Of a DNA stretch of 64,000 bases, positions 20,801 to 27,453 are shown piece after piece. Within the stretch, counting starts at the first letter, position 1. Each line of letters starts with the position of its first letter. The DNA lies in contig DAONDQ010000001.1 in the NCBI GenBank assembly GCA_035402645.1, forward strand, positions 15,680-79,679, in the 5' to 3' direction. The notes beneath the pieces are model-generated. The model searched no databases. It was not told where the DNA came from and saw nothing but the letters and a program-made list of their open reading frames with translations. This DNA comes from Candidatus Cloacimonadota bacterium. Lineage in GTDB: Bacteria; Cloacimonadota; Cloacimonadia; Cloacimonadales; DAONDQ01. The translations under genes were made by a program, and so were the position numbers.

Positions 20801-21061
20801 CAATTGTTCTCTCGTTAGACTTGAACTGTTATTGTAGAATAATTCACTATTCACCAGTGCATGATAGAATCTATGCAACCCGTCAGTGTCCAGACCTTCC
20901 GGATCAACACTTCGTATCGGTGCGGACAACCGATGAAATGGCAATTCGTTGTGATTTGCTTCCGATAGGGGATTGACTCCAAAAAGGTTGATAAGCCACT
21001 GGTTTAATACCAGTTTTTTACGAAATTCAAGTGGATTGTTCCTATTTCTTCTTGCTAACAT
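17837..21061 (-). CDS. res: Type III restriction enzyme Res subunit (SF2 helicase/nuclease)
   Basis: Helicase motif I QNATGSGKTLIMH and motif II LLLVDEGHRG. The C-terminal HPDFILWI...HFIEPHG resembles a PD-(D/E)xK-type nuclease core. Same operon as a DPPY methyltransferase. Confidence 0.8.
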   Translation of the reverse strand: MLARRNRNNPLEFRKKLVLNQWLINLFGVNPLSEANHNELPFHRLSAPIRSVDPEGLDTDGLHRFYHALVNSELFYNNSSSLTREQLLSYEENIARHTLFINRRRNRPIVWKYFQWLSLLFVEIYLDRYFTNREGLLNDLNSFIMQFNEHWVGYENVNPYTDDDLNKICMQNATGSGKTLIMHVNLLQFRHYAKKTKLGRDISHVILITPNEGLTEQHLEELNQSGFGLAQRLKSGQEGSLEQIDVLEITKLGDKSGPNTKATRDLGDQNLLLVDEGHRGMSGTEEGAFFTRRAQLCGRGFTFEYSATFEQAVAASSSQVLAESYAKAILFDYSYRWFYEDGFGKDYQILNLPRSLEEVQDIYLTACLLKFYQQLLLFKDKRKELELFNLEKPLWVFVGSTVTKKKGNQQILVPTADLITDVGKVIKFIADFLSRPQVFQRYINQLMNGTGADTGLLDGSGNDIFHSSFQYLKIYYIAQSDPAAIYAHILLHLFNNSGGGHLSLTRIKGESGEIALYAGNSDSSFGLINVGDSKGLCEHIDFVAKRDNMPILIKDSDFTESMFATVKDSSSSVNLLIGSKKFIEGWDCWRVSTMGLMHVGKTEGTQIIQLFGRGVRLKGFEWSLKRSGHTKATTKPRFIEEIETLNVFGIESDFMEKFRKYLASEGLPGNERMESIPIPINVTYDFGKKLKIIRPKKINGKEYDFMNDGPTVLLDSVPEYLQKNKIVSNWFPRIQTIASQKRTQQDQKQAVILQDEQLSLLNYNDLYFDLERFRCEKKWYNLSITSQCLIDLLHNASWYELYLPDYILHPESYEEIFTLQKVATELLKRYMDKLQKYRNREFLEPRLEIRELTSEDDNLPNVAEYQVIVDGDASNVIEAIKNLQNDISDNKDVIRVGELDVCNFGKHLFKPLLHTRNSGRITVLPVSLNQSEYQFVLDLKSWCEENKRIMQTQSMELFLLRNLSRGKGVGFFEAGNFHPDFILWILHGTKQYIHFIEPHGLMHEGVNSEKIQFHKRIKEIERRLGDKDIVLNSWIVSWTGKMELQLRGYEPGEYISNNVVFMDEKTYINQIMNM

Positions 21062-22094
21062 GAGGCTTACCGCTTTTCTTCTCGATTTGTTTCACTTCAG
21101 TTATTGCTTCCACAAAATGCTTTTCCGCTATACTGGGTTGCTTTAATTGCTCTGTATGCCACTTTTCATATTCTTTGCGAGCCTTTTCGATTGCCTTATC
21201 GTGGGCAACTTTTCCTGCGTGTGTAAGTATCTCTCTTCCGCTTAGTTTCAGAAATTCATCGAGTTTGGCAATCCAATCCCTCATATACATGGGAGTTCTA
21301 TTCAAAGCCTGTAATTCTGCAAAATCAAGATACATGGTGACTATGCGATTCAGAATATCCAACTCATTTTCATTTAGATAGTTTTTTGCCACAACGGTAT
21401 CTGTTTGTCTTGGTTCGTCTCCGATCCAATTGGTGAGTCCCATATTTAGTTTCCCGGCTTGTGCGCGTTCGTAGATGATTTCTGCAGCCGTATGCCCATG
21501 ACTTGCCCAGTGCATTTTATTCTGGATGACTTTGAAGAAGGCTTGGGAAGATTCTGCTCTCGGATCATAATCGATACTGGTGGCATATATATCCAATACC
21601 TTCCGCCAAAACAGCTTTTCCGAAGAACGGATATCCCGTATCCGCACCAGTAATTCATCGAAATAACTACCGCCTCCGTTTTTCTTCAGCCTCTCATCAT
21701 CCAGCGTAAAACCCTTGATAATATACTCGCGCAATCTCTGCGTAGCCCATTGACGGAAGTGGGTGGCAATGGTGGATTTAATTCTATAGCCAACACTGAT
21801 AATCATATCCAGACTGTAATGTGTGACCTGTCTTTGAACTTCTCTATCACCCTCATTTTGAACTATTAAGAAATCCTTAATAGTTCGATTCGAGTCCAGT
21901 TCACCTTCTGCAAAGATGTTCTTCACATGGATATTGATGTTGGCTACTGTGGTTTGAAATAGCTCTGCCAATTGTTTTTGAGTCAACCATAAGGTTTCAT
22001 TTTCCAACCTTGTTTCCAACCTCAGCTTGCCATCTGTACCGGAATAGAGAAGAATTTCACTCTTTGGAAGTTCTTTTGCTTTTTTGATCATCAT
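21042..22094 (-). CDS. rhuM: RhuM-family protein (copy 1)
   Basis: Motifs SVGYRIKS..ATHFRQWATQRLREYIIKGFTLDDERLK, FDELLVRIRDIRSSEKLFWRKV, LNRIVTMYLDFAE and PMYMRDW. The ATG at 22094 overlaps the mod stop (ATGA). Confidence 0.8.
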   Translation of the reverse strand: MMIKKAKELPKSEILLYSGTDGKLRLETRLENETLWLTQKQLAELFQTTVANINIHVKNIFAEGELDSNRTIKDFLIVQNEGDREVQRQVTHYSLDMIISVGYRIKSTIATHFRQWATQRLREYIIKGFTLDDERLKKNGGGSYFDELLVRIRDIRSSEKLFWRKVLDIYATSIDYDPRAESSQAFFKVIQNKMHWASHGHTAAEIIYERAQAGKLNMGLTNWIGDEPRQTDTVVAKNYLNENELDILNRIVTMYLDFAELQALNRTPMYMRDWIAKLDEFLKLSGREILTHAGKVAHDKAIEKARKEYEKWHTEQLKQPSIAEKHFVEAITEVKQIEKKSGKPHVSKKK

Positions 22095-24394
22095 ACATCC
22101 TCCGTTTCCCACATACTTTGGAAGAATTTTCCCTCGATGTCATATACTTCCCAATGATCTTCCTTCCTTTTCATAAGCTGCAGATTACTGCTGCCATTCA
22201 CATAAATAATGTTGTACTCTTTTCCCTTATCCTGCCTACATGTCAGTTCAAACCACGTGTTCAATACAAGGTTATCCTCTTCCAGATTATCTGTACGATT
22301 ACGCCATATCACCAATACCCTATCTTTCAAACCATCATTCGGTGCATACGGATTACGGGGTACCCAACCCTCCACTTTGCGGAACCACCATTTTCCATCC
22401 ATACGTGCTTCCAGACCACTTGCCAAAACCAATTTGGTGTTCCGGTCTCCCGGCAATTCCGGGTCAACCATGCGTGTAAAGGATGCCTGGTATCGTTGCG
22501 TTTGTGCAACATGTTCCACACGCAATCCTATCAGGTAATTGAAGGTTTCAAGCAAATCCACGTTTTTAATGATATACTCGTCACTTCCGGGTTTCTTCAC
22601 CTCGAGCTGATACTTGTCCGGCTCATCAAAAGCATCCACATTCAACAGACTACTGCTTCCCCGGGTTTCCACATCGAGCATGTAATGAAGCATGTGATCC
22701 TCTTTCAATCGGGGATTATTGGATATTGCCTTATCCTGTATGGTATCCTCGGAAAAGACCAGATTATTCAGTGTATCCTCGTAACTCTCCAGTCGCAGAT
22801 ACTTGATACATTGGCTGATGCCCGTATGCCTGTTTACAGGCTTTCCATCCTTCCAATCCCTGCTATAAACCACCTTCTCCATTCTTGGCTTCAAGACCGT
22901 ATCAAAGTAATTACCCATCTCCACTAAAACATACTTCCGGTCTCCACCATCTTCACGATTTAGATTAAGAACTGCATGACCTGTTGTACCGGAACCTGCA
23001 AAATAGTCGACCCAATTCCCAGTTTTTATCCGTACAGAAGCAAATAACTGTAATAATAATTTTGAAGGTTTAGGATAGGATACAGCATACTGTTCTCCTA
23101 ATAATTGATGTAATTCATCATTTGCATCTTCGTTTGTGCCCCATCCGAATTTACCTAGATCATTTACATCATATTGCGAATAGTTTGCTTCTCCTGTATT
23201 CCCTAATCTCAAAAGGGTATCTCTCATCCTTTTTTCACGAGGTTCAGTAACGATTCTCCTTAAATATAAATCCTGAGTAATATATAGAGTTTTATCAGCA
23301 GCATAATTCATCATAGTATCTTGTGAATAACGCCAGTTACCCTCAATAATGAGTTCTTTTGCAAGAACTCCTTTTTCGATTACTAAATCAGATAAAAGTG
23401 TTAAATACATATTTCCTGCACTTATTTTCGAGCCCTCTTTTAAATAGTAATCTTTATCTTTATACTTGCTAACAATACCAGGTGGAATTATTCGTTTATC
23501 CCTCTGATTCGATGGATTTACACACGGGTAAGTCTCTTCTTCTGATGTTATTTCCCCGACTAGTCCACCAAACTTTGTTATGTCTTTTGCAATACATATG
23601 ATATAGTCTTTCATTTTTGCTATGTAACCACTTAGAAAAGTCCCTTTTTTCTTTTTTTCCCAAATCAAAGTTGAAAAAAAAGCAGTTTTCCCATATCTCT
23701 CAGTTATTAATGTAGATAAATGTTCTTGTTCTTCATCTCCAATGCTAATAAAAAAAACACCTTCTGATGATAAGGTCTTTAATCCTAATTCTACACGGTC
23801 ACCAATCATTGTAAGCCATGTTGAGGATGGATATGAATCTTTATATATAAATCCATCATCTCCAGTATTATAAGGAGGATCAATGTATATACACTTCACT
23901 TGCTCTTTATACTTTGCCTGTATAAGGTTCAGCGCTTGATAATTCTCGCTATGGATGAGCAGTCCATCGCAATGTTCGTCAAAATCACGGATGGAATCAA
24001 TCAGTTTGGCTTTAAAGGCATCATCAAAGAACTTCGTATCCAGTACCAGCTTGTCGTTGGCTTTTAGAAAATCCACCGTCAGTGGATTGTTGTAGGAATG
24101 AGTCACAAGGTCTCCCTTGATCTCATCCACGGCAAAGAGTTTTATCCATTCCTCATGCTGTGCATGATTGGCAATTATCTCCGGATATAACTCTTGAGGT
24201 ATCCTGTCCAGTGTGATGCAGTAATTAGTTTCCACCACAAATTTCTTTTTCAGCCACAGCTTCTTCTGGAAGTCTTCCAATTGAGCCAGGAATTCAATGA
24301 GTTTCCCTGCTATCCTGCGTAACACCCTGACCTTATTAAGATAAGTCTCCACAGCCGGGGCTTCGGCATTTTCTAAGTCATCCAGACGCATCAC
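22091..24394 (-). CDS. mod: Type III-like DNA methyltransferase Mod, C-terminal (catalytic) fragment of a frameshifted gene
   Basis: Motif IV IYIDPPYNTG and motif I DYFAGSGTTGHAV (beta-class N6A/N4C MTase). This frame is open upstream to 24427 and reads FYIKNEVMRLDD, continuing the upstream ORF if one T is removed. Confidence 0.8.
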   Translation of the reverse strand: MMRLDDLENAEAPAVETYLNKVRVLRRIAGKLIEFLAQLEDFQKKLWLKKKFVVETNYCITLDRIPQELYPEIIANHAQHEEWIKLFAVDEIKGDLVTHSYNNPLTVDFLKANDKLVLDTKFFDDAFKAKLIDSIRDFDEHCDGLLIHSENYQALNLIQAKYKEQVKCIYIDPPYNTGDDGFIYKDSYPSSTWLTMIGDRVELGLKTLSSEGVFFISIGDEEQEHLSTLITERYGKTAFFSTLIWEKKKKGTFLSGYIAKMKDYIICIAKDITKFGGLVGEITSEEETYPCVNPSNQRDKRIIPPGIVSKYKDKDYYLKEGSKISAGNMYLTLLSDLVIEKGVLAKELIIEGNWRYSQDTMMNYAADKTLYITQDLYLRRIVTEPREKRMRDTLLRLGNTGEANYSQYDVNDLGKFGWGTNEDANDELHQLLGEQYAVSYPKPSKLLLQLFASVRIKTGNWVDYFAGSGTTGHAVLNLNREDGGDRKYVLVEMGNYFDTVLKPRMEKVVYSRDWKDGKPVNRHTGISQCIKYLRLESYEDTLNNLVFSEDTIQDKAISNNPRLKEDHMLHYMLDVETRGSSSLLNVDAFDEPDKYQLEVKKPGSDEYIIKNVDLLETFNYLIGLRVEHVAQTQRYQASFTRMVDPELPGDRNTKLVLASGLEARMDGKWWFRKVEGWVPRNPYAPNDGLKDRVLVIWRNRTDNLEEDNLVLNTWFELTCRQDKGKEYNIIYVNGSSNLQLMKRKEDHWEVYDIEGKFFQSMWETEDV

Positions 24395-25454
24395 TTCGTT
24401 CTTTATGTAAAAAATCCAATTCCCGCTTCAGAAAATTGCCCAAATCCTTGTGTATAAAATAGTCCATCGTATTGCGGGCTGTGTAATGATTCAAATATTT
24501 TGCCAGCAGAATACGATTTTTGTCATTTTCCGTCGGTGTTTTTGCTGTAAGCAATTGTAGATAACCTGAAGTCTGTTCCTCCTTTTTCAAAGCCTGTAGT
24601 ATCACCTGCACAGCTTCCTGGTTCTTCACATCCCGCCAGGAATTTTCCTGTTTGTTTTTTTCTTCATCGGAGCGATACTCGAAATTGATGACCAATTCTC
24701 TCTTGTCATTCCATTCAATAGGCTTCTCCCCGTGAATGATAAAGAAGCGCTTTTTGGCATCGGATTCCTTGATATTGCCATGTTCACCTTCCATGGCATC
24801 GACGATTTTGAAATGAACCATCAATTTTTCAGGTAAGTCTTCTTCCAGGTTAAACTCTTCCTGCCCCATGTCTTTACCCGATTTTTCTATAATCTTTTTA
24901 TTAGCCTGCACAAGGTCAAAACTGAAATTATTAAAGTACTCAGTAGTTTTGATATAATACTGGTCGGCATTCGCCCAATGCAGTTTGATTTCCTCCCCGT
25001 TATACGGTACGGCATAAGAGGCTGCTTTGTCTGCTGTTTCCCTGGTAATATACCTGCGGGATATGAAATCACCATCCTCATAATAGCGTTCAAAGAAACG
25101 ATACAAATGGTCATATATTTCACTCTCCGCAGATGCTGAATTTCCTGCAGCCTCATAGTTGGCTCTTGCTTCCTGTACCTTGGGAGATTTCTCAGGTTCT
25201 TCCACACCATAAGCCCTGGCATTTTCCAATTCCTGGTCAAGAACAGCTTTCAATCGTACTTTACGGTTCTCATCTTCCCTGCCGAATGTTTCCTGTATGA
25301 TCCCGAGTAGGTCATTTTCGATAAAATCACTGACTTGATTCGCTTTGGCATGCATGATACGATAGAATCCAAAATCCAAATCCGGTTGATTCAGTTGGAA
25401 TAGTTCCCTTAATTTGTTAACCAGTTTCATCCTTAATTGTGCATTTGTTGGCAT
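24378..25454 (-). CDS. mod: Mod N-terminal fragment (frameshifted)
   Basis: Start taken at MPTNAQLRMKLVNKLRELFQLNQPDLDFGFYRIM (GGGAG SD upstream of 25454). Terminates 17 nt inside the next ORF. Together the two pieces would give ~1150 aa. Confidence 0.7.
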   Translation of the reverse strand: MPTNAQLRMKLVNKLRELFQLNQPDLDFGFYRIMHAKANQVSDFIENDLLGIIQETFGREDENRKVRLKAVLDQELENARAYGVEEPEKSPKVQEARANYEAAGNSASAESEIYDHLYRFFERYYEDGDFISRRYITRETADKAASYAVPYNGEEIKLHWANADQYYIKTTEYFNNFSFDLVQANKKIIEKSGKDMGQEEFNLEEDLPEKLMVHFKIVDAMEGEHGNIKESDAKKRFFIIHGEKPIEWNDKRELVINFEYRSDEEKNKQENSWRDVKNQEAVQVILQALKKEEQTSGYLQLLTAKTPTENDKNRILLAKYLNHYTARNTMDYFIHKDLGNFLKRELDFLHKERSDASG

Positions 25455-25603
25455 GAATTCTCCCTGTAAATGTTCTAATACCTGTATAAATTGAATATTC
25501 TGGAATGAATTCCCCATGTCAAATAAAAAACAAATTCCTGTCAGCATTCGTTTAACAGGAATTTGAGATATTCTATAGATAATTACCAGTATGCTATTCT
25601 ATA

Positions 25604-25837
25604 CTATGATGAAATCAACTTAATTATTTCTACGGGATTCAGAATCTTCCCGGTTGACTTCACTTTTTCGTCTATCACCAATGCCGGTGTCGTCATCACA
25701 CCATACGCCATAATGCTTTTAATATCCATCACTTTTTCGATTTGCGCTTTTTTGCCACTTTGTTCCAAAGCCTTACGGACATTCTCCTCGAGCTTTTTGC
25801 ACTTCGAGCATCCACCACCTAATATTTTAATAATCAT
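25604..25837 (-). CDS. thioredoxin-fold protein (redox-active disulfide protein 2-like)
   Basis: MIIKILGGGCSKCKKLEENV CxxC motif, ~77 aa. AAAGGAG SD before the ATG at 25837. Confidence 0.75.
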   Translation of the reverse strand: MIIKILGGGCSKCKKLEENVRKALEQSGKKAQIEKVMDIKSIMAYGVMTTPALVIDEKVKSTGKILNPVEIIKLISS

Positions 25838-25864
25838 TATCTTCTCCTTTGTTTTATCAATCAT

Positions 25865-26830
25865 TCACATGATCCAATTGAACAGGTAACCTGTAAAAAT
25901 AATTCCCACTCCCACGATCGAAAAGAACACTGCCAATAGCTTCGGTTTTAGTACTCTCCGTAGAAGTATCATTTCAGGAAGAGAAAGCCCCGTCACTGCC
26001 ATCATGAATGCCAGGGACGTGCCCAGAGCCACTCCCGCCCTCGTAAGCTCACTCACCAGCGGTATGACTCCTGCAGCATTGGAATACAGGGGGATCCCTA
26101 TCAGCACAGCAATGATCACGGCAAAGGGATTGTCCTTTCCTGCCATATGCCCAAGTGCATTTGTTGGAATCCAGCCATGCATGATACCGCCGATACCGAT
26201 TCCAATCACCACATAGATCCAGATTTTCTTCACCAGCTCCAGAGTAAACGCCCAGGCATCGGATAAACGCTGTTTTTGAGTGGGTTTTTCCATTTGGATC
26301 TGAGCTCCCATCTGCATCTCATACACATAAGCTTCCACATGCTTCTCCATATGCAATCGTCCGATTACAATTCCGCTTACGATGGCAATGACTTCTCCTG
26401 AAGCAATGTAGATCAGGGCAATCTTCCAACCGAACAATACCCAAAGCATGCCCAAGGCGACTTCATTCACCATGGGAGCGGCGACCAAATAGGAAAAAGT
26501 GACGCCCAGAGGAATTCCCGCTTCGACAAATCCGATGAATAGCGGTACTGCTGAGCAGGAACAAAATGGAGTCACAATACCCAGCAGGGCTGCAAGAATG
26601 TGACCGATGAATGTTCCACCTTTCCGCTTTGAGAGAATGGCGCGTGTCCTTTCAGGAGGAAAATAGCTCCTGATATAGGTGATCCCATATATGATGACAG
26701 ACAATAAGATGAATATTTTGACCGTATCAAAGAGAAAGAACTGAAGAGCGGATCCCCAATGATTCTCCGCACTGATCTTCAGCATATCCCGTACGATCCA
26801 TTCCGTTACACTTTCCCACCAACCGAACAT
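25865..26830 (-). CDS. DUF318/ArsP-type permease
   Basis: Multi-TM protein with the TPFCSCSAVPLFIGF cysteine motif typical of this permease family. Abuts arsR (stop/start contiguous). Confidence 0.75.
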   Translation of the reverse strand: MFGWWESVTEWIVRDMLKISAENHWGSALQFFLFDTVKIFILLSVIIYGITYIRSYFPPERTRAILSKRKGGTFIGHILAALLGIVTPFCSCSAVPLFIGFVEAGIPLGVTFSYLVAAPMVNEVALGMLWVLFGWKIALIYIASGEVIAIVSGIVIGRLHMEKHVEAYVYEMQMGAQIQMEKPTQKQRLSDAWAFTLELVKKIWIYVVIGIGIGGIMHGWIPTNALGHMAGKDNPFAVIIAVLIGIPLYSNAAGVIPLVSELTRAGVALGTSLAFMMAVTGLSLPEMILLRRVLKPKLLAVFFSIVGVGIIFTGYLFNWIM

Positions 26831-27115
26831 TTACTCATTCCCCTTCTTCAGAATGCATTGATAAAATTCCAGTACGCAGGGACATACCAGTTTATACCAA
26901 ACCTGGTTATTCACTTTTCTACTCGAGATCAGACCTGCATTTTTCAGTACAGACAGGTGTCTCGATACGGTCGACATATCGTCATGTATTCTCTCCTGCA
27001 GTTCGCAGACACAATATTCCCGCTCATCCAGCATATCCAGGATGAATAATCTTGTCGGGTGAGCCATCGCCTTCATGACAATGCTCATTTGAACATACTT
27101 GGCATCTGTTTTCAT
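26831..27115 (-). CDS. arsR: ArsR/SmtB-family metalloregulator
   Basis: Winged-helix core HPTRLFILDML..EYCVCELQERI..STVSRHLSVLKNAGLI with a CVC metal(loid)-binding motif. Confidence 0.85.
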   Translation of the reverse strand: MKTDAKYVQMSIVMKAMAHPTRLFILDMLDEREYCVCELQERIHDDMSTVSRHLSVLKNAGLISSRKVNNQVWYKLVCPCVLEFYQCILKKGNE

Positions 27116-27137
27116 CAGAACTCTCTCCTTATATTTT

Positions 27138-27163
27138 CGTATTTGGCAAAATATGCAAATACG
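27138..27163. promoter_or_regulatory. candidate ArsR operator (8-bp inverted repeat CGTATTTG-N10-CAAATACG) overlapping the putative promoter
   Basis: Perfect 8-bp arms 23-48 nt upstream of the arsR ATG. A TTGACG -35-like hexamer (minus strand, 27162-27167) overlaps the right arm. Confidence 0.4.
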
Positions 27164-27272
27164 TCAAGAGATTATTTGTGATCAACTTTCTATTGCATAC
27201 GAGTCTATCAATCTTATGCAGAAAATTTCAGCTTTTCCCTGACTTAATCATTAGTATTCCTCATATATTAAT

Positions 27273-27355
27273 TACGGTAACATTACGGTACCAATACGGT
27301 ATTAATACGGTAAATTACCGTAATGATACCGTATTGGTACCGTATTTATATAGTA
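27273..27355. promoter_or_regulatory. array of helically phased TACGGTA heptamers forming a long palindrome
   Basis: TACGGTA at 27273, 27284, 27295 and 27306. Inverted TACCGTA at 27316, 27327 and 27338, with a degenerate site at 27349. Spacing is exactly 11 bp. 27284-27344 is a 61-nt palindrome centred on 27314 with 2 mismatches. Confidence 0.5.
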
Positions 27356-27415
27356 ATGTTCATAATAGCACCAATGAGAATTTTCGATACAAAGCTTATG
27401 CTGGTTGTTGATACG

Positions 27416-27441
27416 AAAAAGGGACACATGAAATGCGTCCC
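27416..27441 (-). terminator. rho-independent terminator of the 609-aa gene
   Basis: On the minus strand, the GGGACGC-ATTTCAT-GTGTCCC hairpin is followed by TTTTT, 13 nt after the stop at 27454. Confidence 0.6.
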
Positions 27442-27453
27442 TTGAAGATCGGT

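Noticed and set aside
22118-22927. 269-aa plus-strand ORF, with nested 109-aa and 79-aa ORFs
   Set aside because: It lies entirely antisense to the well-supported mod gene, has no SD and low-complexity composition. It is a shadow ORF typical of the opposite strand of a long gene.
17837-25547. Mobile-element boundaries (integrase, transposase, att-like direct repeats) around either R-M island (17.8-25.5 kb and 49.6-59.1 kb)
   Set aside because: No recombinase-like ORF is present and I could not find flanking direct repeats by eye. The islands may be old or acquired by homologous replacement, so I make no mobile_element call.
27273-27355. Possibility that the phased short repeats here, or those at 59392-59455, are a CRISPR array
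   Set aside because: The units are 7-10 nt at an 11-nt period with no unique spacers of 25-40 nt. No cas genes are present anywhere in the window.
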